Shown: in pieces, positions 55,559 through 63,529 of the stretch | Position numbering within the stretch: position 1 is the first letter of the stretch | How the letters are laid out: each line of letters begins with the position of its first letter | IMG/VR virus record: IMGVR_UViG_3300027791_000015 | Location: 5,908 to 69,907 of that record | DNA: 64,000 bases | DNA from: a virus | Strand: one strand, 5' to 3' | The notes under the pieces: model-generated | What the model was told of the DNA's origin: nothing | Seen by the model: the letters and a program-made list of their open reading frames with translations, nothing else | Database searches by the model: none | Made by a program: the position numbers and the translations under genes

Positions 55559-58213
55559 GTGTCACAAAATACTAAAATATCAAATCTTACCGAGCTTACA
55601 GACCCATCCAGTACGGATTTTATCCCTATTGTAGATACTGTAAATAAAGAGACCAAGAAAATCTCTTACAATAGTCTTACAAGTGGCTTTTATTCGGAAT
55701 CTAGTGATATCTTGCCAGACAGTGACATAACTTATGATATTGGCAGCCCCGATAAAAGATTTAGAGATTTGTATCTTAGTGAAAACTCTATATTTTTAGG
55801 GGACTCTACAATTTCTTTTTCTGGTGGACCGTCAGGTGGTTTATTTGTCAGTGGTTCAGGCGGAAATGACAGGTTAATTAACGACAAAGAAACTGGTCAG
55901 TTTTTAAGTAATGGTGGAAGTGGTAATTTTACTGAAGCTTTTATTCAAAGCTCGTTAGACATAGGTAGGTATATTTTCTTAGGTGATGAACTTAATGAAA
56001 GTAAAATACAAATGAAGGGTATGGGTCCTGTTAAGTATGAATTTACTGCGGGTGCTAATGGATTTAAATTTACAGATGAAGATTATGATATTGATCTTAT
56101 AAATATCCCTCACCCATTTATCAATAGCGACGGATCACGGAATGTTATTACGCTTGATTCTACTAGGGTGCAGGGAAACTTTTTAGCAACTGGAGGAATG
56201 TACCACAGTGACAGCATCACTGGCCCACAGTATGGATTTGGAGGAGGCTCAGACCTTCACCTTAAAACAAGTGGAGTTAGTAGATTAGCCGTTACAAAGG
56301 AGAGTGGTAATGTTGGTATAGGAACTACTTCTCCAGATGCAAGATTACACGTAGATGGCCACTTTAAATTAAATATATCATCTGCAAATCGTACACCAGG
56401 AAAAAGTGTGGCTTTAATTAAAAGCGATAATGGAACTGCAGCTAATTTAAGAGTCGAAGGGCCAATTGCAGCAACACACGATCTATTTAAAAACAGTGGG
56501 GCAGATAATGGTTTTGCAGATAACTCAAATCACTTTCATACGGTACAGAAAATTAATCGCATTACCCAACAAGTTGGCGCAGGCAAACCAAACGAAAGAG
56601 TTCAAGAACAATATTATGCGATTGCAAACAATAATCTTAAAAATAATAAAGCTGCATTTTGGAATTGGCATAGGGTTTCAAGGAGTGTCGCTTCTGCAAG
56701 TGTTAGTTTAACCAACCTAGTAGGATGGAACGTTTCGGCTATTCAAGATACCGATAATCGTTCATCAAATTCTGAAGCTTCGTTTCCCGCAGGAGGGGCG
56801 GAAGCCGCAGTACTTACTTTTGACAGCGAATCAAATAGGTCAGCAGTTTTATCTAATGGAGATCTTTTGCAAGTTACTATTTCAATAGATTTTGAAGGCG
56901 CGATTGTTGCGGCAACACTTTATGCCGAAGTTACTGCTGTAGATGCGGAACAAGCTACCGTAGTTCTTTATGGTGGCAATTATAAATCGATTGGTCAAGT
57001 TCCAGATGGTAATGATCAAATCGCACTAACCAGCGGATTTACTATAAATAAAATTGACGTAAATCAATATATGGGTCTCTCAGACGGGACTGTTACTGTG
57101 TTAACCGACAATACAAGAGCGACCGAAACCGATACATTCTCTCTTTCTTTTTCAAGCGCTCATAGCCTTGAATTAAATGATGTTATTACGGTCATAACTG
57201 ACGGCGACTCCTCTCACGGATTTAAAGATGCTGAAGTGGCGTTTGTAAAAGAGGTTACAAGCACTACTGAAGCAAAATTCGTTTACGGAAGAGTGTTTGA
57301 TCCAGCGCCCGCCTCTGCTCGAAACAATGTTACTGGTAGCTCATTTGTTGGTATATTAAGAGGCACCCTTGATGGTCTTCACAGATTTACTGCAGGTGAT
57401 CAATTAATGCATTTTAATGCAGATAACCAAGGGCGATACAAAAGTTATCAAATAGGACCAGGCTCTGAGGTCGGTGCAGACTGTATTGCAATCGGTAAGA
57501 ACGTTTATAATAAAGACGCTTCGACTATTAAGATCGGTTACGATAATAATATGTTGAACATTGATTCTGCTGGAATTGATGTTGCAGGAACAATTAATGC
57601 TACTGGAACAATTACTGCTGATGGAGATGTAAAGTTAAGCGATTTTACTTCAACGTCTCGTTCTACAGATGTTTCGGCTTTAGATCCCATACAGAACAAC
57701 CAGCCAGCGTCCGATGATACGGTAGCTAACTTATCCGTTGATTCATCGGGCAACGTTGTTAGAGGATCACAAGAAGCAACTTGGACTTTCAGTCGTGACC
57801 AGCTTAACGCATTAACAACTGCTAAAGTAAATTTGTTATCTTCTCCAGGTGCTGGAAAGTGCATTGTAGTTGAAGAAAGTAACTGGCTTATAGAAGTAGA
57901 CCTCACAAAAGCAGCACAATCAACTCCAGTTTCTCTTGCATGCGAGATAGTGAATGGGCAGACCCAATACAAAGTAGCAACGCAAATTACTGCCGCCAAC
58001 CTAACTCTAATAGCAGGACACATAAAGACTGCTAACACTGATGCATTTGGAATGTATTCTAGAGATGTTCCAGAACTGGATAGAATTTCCAAGTTTAATG
58101 AGCCTATGACTATTCGTGCAAAAAATAGTAGTGGCGTTGTTAATTTTCCAGATAATTTTGTTAGCGTAAAACTAAAAGTCAAATACAGGGTCTTCGACAA
58201 GGATACTTTTTAA
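55559..58213 (+). CDS. Tail fibre-like protein with the same N-terminal motif
   Basis: NTKISNLTELT.P...DFIPIVD; ILPDSDITYDIGSPDKRFRDLYLS and GNVGIGTTSPDARLHVDG are common phage fibre segments. A GTG at 55559 is called by the track. Confidence 0.75.
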   Translation: MSQNTKISNLTELTDPSSTDFIPIVDTVNKETKKISYNSLTSGFYSESSDILPDSDITYDIGSPDKRFRDLYLSENSIFLGDSTISFSGGPSGGLFVSGSGGNDRLINDKETGQFLSNGGSGNFTEAFIQSSLDIGRYIFLGDELNESKIQMKGMGPVKYEFTAGANGFKFTDEDYDIDLINIPHPFINSDGSRNVITLDSTRVQGNFLATGGMYHSDSITGPQYGFGGGSDLHLKTSGVSRLAVTKESGNVGIGTTSPDARLHVDGHFKLNISSANRTPGKSVALIKSDNGTAANLRVEGPIAATHDLFKNSGADNGFADNSNHFHTVQKINRITQQVGAGKPNERVQEQYYAIANNNLKNNKAAFWNWHRVSRSVASASVSLTNLVGWNVSAIQDTDNRSSNSEASFPAGGAEAAVLTFDSESNRSAVLSNGDLLQVTISIDFEGAIVAATLYAEVTAVDAEQATVVLYGGNYKSIGQVPDGNDQIALTSGFTINKIDVNQYMGLSDGTVTVLTDNTRATETDTFSLSFSSAHSLELNDVITVITDGDSSHGFKDAEVAFVKEVTSTTEAKFVYGRVFDPAPASARNNVTGSSFVGILRGTLDGLHRFTAGDQLMHFNADNQGRYKSYQIGPGSEVGADCIAIGKNVYNKDASTIKIGYDNNMLNIDSAGIDVAGTINATGTITADGDVKLSDFTSTSRSTDVSALDPIQNNQPASDDTVANLSVDSSGNVVRGSQEATWTFSRDQLNALTTAKVNLLSSPGAGKCIVVEESNWLIEVDLTKAAQSTPVSLACEIVNGQTQYKVATQITAANLTLIAGHIKTANTDAFGMYSRDVPELDRISKFNEPMTIRAKNSSGVVNFPDNFVSVKLKVKYRVFDKDTF

Positions 58214-58225
58214 TTTATTTTATGG

Positions 58226-58253
58226 TTGAATTTTAAATCATTATATATATAAT
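58226..58253 (+). promoter_or_regulatory. Putative sigma70-like promoter
   Basis: TTGAAT-N16-TATAAT, 6 nt before ATG 58260. Confidence 0.5.
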
Positions 58254-58259
58254 ATAAAT

Positions 58260-59060
58260 ATGAGCAAAAAATTACACTTTGTATCTGGTCTTCCAAGGGC
58301 TTGTTCAACCTTACTTTGCAATCTTCTTTCCCAAAACCCAAGAGTTCACGCTACGCCTACTAGTGCTTTGCACGAGATTGGCTATATCGCTCGACAAGTG
58401 TTTCAAACAGAAGAGGCAAAGGCAGTGGATATGGAAAAGGTTCTTGAGCCTATGTATTTAGATTACGTCAAGGCTGGATGCGAGAACGCATTCAATAGCA
58501 TTACAGATCGTCCAGTAGTTGCAGACAAGTGCCGTTCTTGGATTGGCCACTTAGATCAGCTATTCAAGGTTTGGCCAGATGCTAAGGTTCTTGTTCCAGT
58601 ACGCGATATTCGTGGTATTCTTTCTAGTATGGAGAAGAAACGCCAACAGCATCCAGAAGTATTTAATGCTGTCGAGCAAAAAAACCCACAAGATTGGACT
58701 ACTATTGATAAACGCGCCCAAGCTTGGTTACAAAGCCCCCCTATTGGCATTGCAATAGAGCGCCTGCATGAAGCTTATCAAAGATTTGGTGACAAAATAA
58801 TGTTTGTCCACGCAGAAGATCTCACGGAAAATCCACAAAGTGTAATGAATAATATATGGAAGTATCTTGAAGAGGAGCCTTTCATTCACAATACTTCTAA
58901 CGTAGAACAATATACTCAAGAACATGATGTAGGTTTCCCGTACGGAGACCATGTTATTCGCCAAGAAATAAAACCACTAAATAAAGATTGGCACGAAACA
59001 CTTGGCCGCCAATTGTCAGAACAACTCAATCAAAAATTTAACTGGATCAACGAATTATGA
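58260..59060 (+). CDS. Sulfotransferase family protein
   Basis: FVSGLPRACSTLLCNLLSQNP (5'-PAPS loop), ADKCRSW, VPVRDIRGILSS (3'-PB), HAEDLTENPQSVMNNIWKYLE. Confidence 0.88.
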   Translation: MSKKLHFVSGLPRACSTLLCNLLSQNPRVHATPTSALHEIGYIARQVFQTEEAKAVDMEKVLEPMYLDYVKAGCENAFNSITDRPVVADKCRSWIGHLDQLFKVWPDAKVLVPVRDIRGILSSMEKKRQQHPEVFNAVEQKNPQDWTTIDKRAQAWLQSPPIGIAIERLHEAYQRFGDKIMFVHAEDLTENPQSVMNNIWKYLEEEPFIHNTSNVEQYTQEHDVGFPYGDHVIRQEIKPLNKDWHETLGRQLSEQLNQKFNWINEL

Positions 59061-59452
59061 AAAACGCCCTAATTAACACCTCAACAAAACGAATCATCAG
59101 AGTACAAGATGGTGATTTTTTAGATTATCCCGACCACGCAGAAGTAATATCTATTTCTGATGCAAAAGCCTCTGCTTTTGAATCTTCTACTGATACAATG
59201 TTTTATATTGATAATCAATTGAAAACTTTAGATCAAAAAATATGGACAGAATCACCAGAAATTGTAAAAAATAATATTAGATATAATCGCAATAAATTAC
59301 TTTCCGATTCTGACTGGACTCAACTTGCAGACTCTCCTTTAAGTAGTTCTAAAAAAACTGAGTGGGTAACATATCGCCAATCGCTTCGTGATCTAACTGA
59401 TAATGTAGATTCAAGTGGACAGGTAACTTATCCCGCATTGCCAAGTTCTTAA
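59057..59452 (+). CDS. Phage tail fibre assembly chaperone-like protein
   Basis: IRYNRNKLLSDSDWTQLADSPL...EWVTYRQSLRDL...YP signature; ATGA-coupled to the sulfotransferase. Confidence 0.85.
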   Translation: MKNALINTSTKRIIRVQDGDFLDYPDHAEVISISDAKASAFESSTDTMFYIDNQLKTLDQKIWTESPEIVKNNIRYNRNKLLSDSDWTQLADSPLSSSKKTEWVTYRQSLRDLTDNVDSSGQVTYPALPSS

Positions 59453-59461
59453 CTTTTCTAG

Positions 59462-60613
59462 TTAAAATACAAGACGATATCCAAAGAATACTTTATTCTT
59501 AAAGACATCGGCATCTTTATTTAACAGATGCAATCCTTGATAACCAACTTCGGCATAATGGCTTTCGTTGTAATTCCAAGAAAGAGTTATACTTGACATA
59601 AACACTTCTTCTTCACGTTCTAACCCAGCGTCATACCGATTACCAATATCTTTGTATGATGTAAGAAGATGAGCGCCCATTACGTTTACTTCAAGTTTTG
59701 GCGTGATTGGATATTTTATCATAAGAGATGTTTTTAAATTCTCTTTCATGTTCCAATACGCTACAGATGAATCTAACACTTCATAAACGGTTCCTAGTAA
59801 AATCACTGTACCTTTTTCGGTAAAGTATGTTATATTGGCACCGTATGTAGGGGTTGAATATTTAGTTAGTGTCCCATATTGATCTTCTATCAATGCATCG
59901 ATAATACCATAATTAAATTTTATGATTGTTGACGGATTCATTATATATGAAAATTGTGCATAATACGTATCAGTATCAATTGCTCCACGACTTCCTTTGT
60001 AATCTAAGAACGATTTTCTACCAACTACTTCTAAAATAAAACGTTTACCAAAAATTTGCTCTGCACCAAACGTAAATGTATCTTTAGTAAAGTCACCGTT
60101 GGTTAATTCGTTGCCAACTCCTACGGGTAAGTTTTTGGACCAACGTTTAATATAATTTTCATAAGACCCTTTTAATTTTAAAAGATGTCTAGGTTTCCAT
60201 GTTAGCAAGTAAGAACTTTTATTTATAAAGTAAGTTACATCTAGGTCATCATCAATATCACTTGGTTCTCTTTCTGAATGGGAGAACGAGTTAGTAGAGT
60301 CAAGAATAAGTTTTGGTGTTATTTCATATTTACTTCTAATACCAATATTGCCAAATATTAATGTTTTATTATCAACGCTTCTGTGTCTTATTTCTGGTTG
60401 AGCCTTTAGATTTATTAAGTCTCTAAAGAACTTACCGTCGATTCCCAGTGATTGACTGAAGTAAAAAGTTGATGTTTGATCGGGCGTACCAGCCGCCCTC
60501 ATAAATACATTGTCATCGTAGAATATTCTACTAAACGATGTTAACTTAATGCCTCCTAAGCCATATGCTATGGTAGTAATCGCTAATAGTGCGGCACAAA
60601 ACAAAAATCTCAT
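59462..60613 (-). CDS. Outer-membrane beta-barrel protein (BBP2 / EPS-associated porin-like)
   Basis: Signal peptide MRFLFCAALLAITTIAYG; FYDDNVF near the mature N-terminus; alternating amphipathic strands; C-terminal beta-signal NKVFFGYRLVF. Confidence 0.8.
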   Translation of the reverse strand: MRFLFCAALLAITTIAYGLGGIKLTSFSRIFYDDNVFMRAAGTPDQTSTFYFSQSLGIDGKFFRDLINLKAQPEIRHRSVDNKTLIFGNIGIRSKYEITPKLILDSTNSFSHSEREPSDIDDDLDVTYFINKSSYLLTWKPRHLLKLKGSYENYIKRWSKNLPVGVGNELTNGDFTKDTFTFGAEQIFGKRFILEVVGRKSFLDYKGSRGAIDTDTYYAQFSYIMNPSTIIKFNYGIIDALIEDQYGTLTKYSTPTYGANITYFTEKGTVILLGTVYEVLDSSVAYWNMKENLKTSLMIKYPITPKLEVNVMGAHLLTSYKDIGNRYDAGLEREEEVFMSSITLSWNYNESHYAEVGYQGLHLLNKDADVFKNKVFFGYRLVF

Positions 60614-60616
60614 GAC

Positions 60617-61240
60617 TTATCTGCGTTTTATTGCTATATATAAAAATACAGCAAAGCCTGCCAGTAACGCATAGGATGATGGTTCAGGTATTGCGGACCA
60701 AGTTAATTGGTCATTGCCTATAACACTTACATCCAGACTTCCAAGCGTATCAGCTTCAAATGAGGTAAATAGCGCGATGTATTTAACATTTTTTTCTAAT
60801 GTAAGATCACCAACGAAACCGCTGTATGAAGAATCTTCTCCGCGATCAGGTGTTTGGACTGAATTGTCTAGTCCTGCACCAAATCCACCGCTTGAAGTTC
60901 TAAAAGCCCAAGGTTGGTCAGTGATATAACCACCTTGTGGTTCATCTAAGTAGAATAGCAATTCTGTTTCAGTTACTTCTGAATTATTTGCACTTAAGTC
61001 ACTACTCCAGTTATCAAACGAATACGTTCCTGTGACAGATGGTATAACGTTTATTATTTGGTAATATATTTTCGAACCCTCACTAGAACCGTCAAAGTCT
61101 TCAGCATCGATGTACTGATCAGACGTAAGAGTAATGTCTAAATCGTATGTATAGCCATCGCTGTTCGACCCGCTTGTTACGCTAATGCTAGCAAAAGCTG
61201 ATGTCGTGAGTAATAGTAGTAATGTAATTAGTTTTTTCAT
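60617..61240 (-). CDS. PEP-CTERM sorting domain protein
   Basis: Signal peptide (MKKLITLLLLLTTSAFA); S/D/T-rich body; C-terminal IPEPSSYALLAGFAVFLYIAIKRR (PEP, TM helix, basic tail). Confidence 0.92.
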   Translation of the reverse strand: MKKLITLLLLLTTSAFASISVTSGSNSDGYTYDLDITLTSDQYIDAEDFDGSSEGSKIYYQIINVIPSVTGTYSFDNWSSDLSANNSEVTETELLFYLDEPQGGYITDQPWAFRTSSGGFGAGLDNSVQTPDRGEDSSYSGFVGDLTLEKNVKYIALFTSFEADTLGSLDVSVIGNDQLTWSAIPEPSSYALLAGFAVFLYIAIKRR

Positions 61241-61410
61241 TTTTTAAATATATTTTTAACAAAGTTAATTGCGTCTCCTATTAAGCCGAAAAATCCAGAC
61301 TTGCTTTCGCCTTTGGGGAGAATGTGGAACACGATAGATAAAATACCGATTGTGGCTATTGTCATTTTAAATAAATTGCCTTTTGCTAATTCTATTATTT
61401 CTTGTATCAT
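61237..61410 (-). CDS. Small membrane peptide (57 aa, below ORF-track cutoff)
   Basis: MIQEIIELAKGNLFKMTIATIGILSIVFHILPKGESKSGFFGLIGDAINFVKNIFKK; its TGA overlaps the PEP-CTERM ATG. Confidence 0.65.
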   Translation of the reverse strand: MIQEIIELAKGNLFKMTIATIGILSIVFHILPKGESKSGFFGLIGDAINFVKNIFKK

Positions 61411-61415
61411 TTTTT

Positions 61416-62723
61416 TTATGTGGTTAAGGGATCAGATGGTGAGACTATAATACCATCATCTGGTGTAATTACGGGGTCTAAATCAAATATATCTCCAGTA
61501 TTATCGTTCTCTATGTCTGAGTGCGGTTTAATTGGGTCTATTTCGTCCACTGGAGCTTCTTCCACCTCTACTACCTCTGAAGCTTCTTCAATAGTTTTTT
61601 GGCCTGTTTCTGTTGATTCTGGTTGCTCTGTTTTGGGCTCTTCACCAGAATCTTCAGCTTCGGGTTCTGACTCTTCTTCTGCTATTTCTTCAACTTCTTG
61701 TTCGGACTCTGATTCTTCTTCAGGCTCTGACTCTTCTTCATCGTCATCACCTCCAAATAGTCCAAAGAAGCCGCCTTTCTTTTTCTTCTTAGGCTCTTCT
61801 TCTGCTTCCTCTTCTACAGGTTCTTCTGCTTCTTCCTCTACGACTTCTTCGCTTTCCTCAGTTTCTTCAGCTTCGCTCTCTTCTGATTCCTCTGGCTCTT
61901 CGCTTTCTTCGGTTTCTTCAGGCTCCTCAACTTCTTCTGATTCTTCGCTTTTATCAGAATCGCTTTCTTCAGATTCGGCTTCCTCTGATTCTTCTGAATT
62001 TTCTTCTTTCTCGGCTTCTCTTTCTTCTCTCTTTGCCGCCCTCTCTTCTTTAGCTTGTTCCCTTTTGGTTTCCTTTTCTGCTTCGGCCTCTGCTTCTTCT
62101 GCGGCTTCAGCCTCTGCTTCTGCTTCGGCCTCTGCTTCTTCTGCAGCTTCCTCAGTCTCTATTCTTTCTTGCTTGTCTTCAACAGTTTCCATTTTATCTG
62201 CTACCTCTAATAAGTTTTCAGATGCGGATTCTAATGCCTCACCCACCATTGGTATATTTTCAATGATTGGTATGCTTTCAATAAGGTAGGCTGCGTTTTC
62301 TATAAAGTAATTATTAAATGTTTGACCATACTCAATTTCGACTTCTCTAACTATCTCGGTAAATTCTTCTGTTGAATCAATAACAGTTTCAGCTTGGAAG
62401 TATGTAGCGGAACTCATTGCTATTGCTCCAGCTGCGCCAAGACTCTGTACATTGCCTACTATTTGACCAACGTATTGACCAGCTCCCTCTAATGCGCCAC
62501 CACCCGCCGAAGAGGCAGTTTGGCCAGCTCCAATTTTATTCTCAGTAATTTTTTGCTTTTCTTCCTCTTCTTCTGGCTCTTCCCATTCAAAGCCTTCGTC
62601 TCCACTTTCATTCAAAACTACCCACATAGCCTCTTTTATTTTAGACTCATCTGGGTCATAAGGAGGTTTGCAGAATTTTTTAATAATTCTTTCTGCTTCA
62701 GATTTTGAAAGTTTCTTCGACAT
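61416..62723 (-). CDS. Extremely acidic low-complexity protein with a Gly/Ala-rich hydrophobic segment
   Basis: 435 aa, Glu-dominated C-terminal 250 aa; VGQIVGNVQSLGAAGAIAMSSATYF; preceded by the promoter motif. Confidence 0.75.
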   Translation of the reverse strand: MSKKLSKSEAERIIKKFCKPPYDPDESKIKEAMWVVLNESGDEGFEWEEPEEEEEKQKITENKIGAGQTASSAGGGALEGAGQYVGQIVGNVQSLGAAGAIAMSSATYFQAETVIDSTEEFTEIVREVEIEYGQTFNNYFIENAAYLIESIPIIENIPMVGEALESASENLLEVADKMETVEDKQERIETEEAAEEAEAEAEAEAEAAEEAEAEAEKETKREQAKEERAAKREEREAEKEENSEESEEAESEESDSDKSEESEEVEEPEETEESEEPEESEESEAEETEESEEVVEEEAEEPVEEEAEEEPKKKKKGGFFGLFGGDDDEEESEPEEESESEQEVEEIAEEESEPEAEDSGEEPKTEQPESTETGQKTIEEASEVVEVEEAPVDEIDPIKPHSDIENDNTGDIFDLDPVITPDDGIIVSPSDPLTT

Positions 62724-62730
62724 ATAATAT

Positions 62731-62758
62731 TTTACACGACGACATTATAAATTTGAAA
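62731..62758 (-). promoter_or_regulatory. Putative phage late promoter
   Basis: TTTCAA-N16-TGTAAA, 7 nt before ATG 62723. Confidence 0.65.
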
Positions 62759-62799
62759 ATTTAGTTGATAATTTATTTAAAAAAAAAGTTAATTTTTAC

Positions 62800-62827
62800 T
62801 TGACTTTAAATTTTTTTATCACATAAT
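62800..62827 (+). promoter_or_regulatory. Putative sigma70-like promoter
   Basis: TTGACT-N16-CATAAT, 7 nt before ATG 62835. Confidence 0.5.
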
Positions 62828-62834
62828 AATATGT

Positions 62835-63005
62835 ATGGCTAAAAAAACAAAACTGGGTGCAGACTTGAGAGCCCCTAATCCAACTAAAAGAAAACTCATG
62901 GGTCGTTCAAGCGGCGCTCTCGTATACAACAGTCACGTCAAGAATCTGGTAACACCCAAGATTGACAAGGCTATAAAAAATAATCTAGATAAAAACAATA
63001 AATAA
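62835..63005 (+). CDS. Small basic protein (56 aa)
   Basis: MAKKTKLGADLRAPNPTKRKLMGRSSGALVYNSHVKNLVTPKIDKAIKNNLDKNNK; ends 1 nt before the next ATG. Confidence 0.6.
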   Translation: MAKKTKLGADLRAPNPTKRKLMGRSSGALVYNSHVKNLVTPKIDKAIKNNLDKNNK

Positions 63006-63006
63006 A

Positions 63007-63318
63007 ATGGAAGACAAGGATCAGCCTATTATATATTATTTGTTAGAGTCCGAGGACTATGTATCCTTTGACCCAGCTAAGCATAATAAATTCCACTTCA
63101 ATGTAGCTCGTATAGTAAAAGATGAAATTCGTGCATATAAATGGATAGAGGCAGAAAAAGGTCGGGGTCTAACTTGGGACATTGCCGTAAAAGAATGGAT
63201 GAATTATCATTATGATGATTTCATCGGAGCGGTTATACCTAAAAAGCGAATGATAAACTTTATTAAAAAAAGAAGTAAAGATTTTGTTAGCTTATTAAAG
63301 TTTTTAACTATACCATAA
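63007..63318 (+). CDS. DUF4032-like protein
   Basis: EIRAYKWIEAEKGRGLTWDIAVKEW matches the recalled EI..HKWIESEK.G.D.G...A..DW pattern. Confidence 0.6.
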   Translation: MEDKDQPIIYYLLESEDYVSFDPAKHNKFHFNVARIVKDEIRAYKWIEAEKGRGLTWDIAVKEWMNYHYDDFIGAVIPKKRMINFIKKRSKDFVSLLKFLTIP

Positions 63319-63407
63319 TGATTTCAGAAATACTAATGGTTACAGCAGGTTTTACCCTTACGGGATTATTTTGTATGTTTATTTATTGGTTTCTAGGCAT
63401 TCTATGA
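63318..63407 (+). CDS. Hydrophobic micropeptide (29 aa)
   Basis: TAATG-coupled MISEILMVTAGFTLTGLFCMFIYWFLGIL. Confidence 0.45.
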   Translation: MISEILMVTAGFTLTGLFCMFIYWFLGIL

Positions 63408-63529
63408 AAAAATCGATAAATCAAAGGAACACTGATCGTGGAACTCTTACGACAGTTGACAAGGTAATGATAGGGGTATTCGGTACATGTTTTGCCGTAT
63501 GTCTTTTTATGTGGTTAAGTTTACTGTGA
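63404..63529 (+). CDS. Small membrane peptide (41 aa)
   Basis: ATGA-coupled upstream and GTGA-coupled downstream; C-terminal VMIGVFGTCFAVCLFMWLSLL. Confidence 0.45.
   Translation: MKKSINQRNTDRGTLTTVDKVMIGVFGTCFAVCLFMWLSLL

Noticed and set aside
61402-62289. 295-aa Ser-rich plus-strand ORF
   Set aside because: Antisense of GAA-rich codons of the acidic protein, which has the promoter and operon context.
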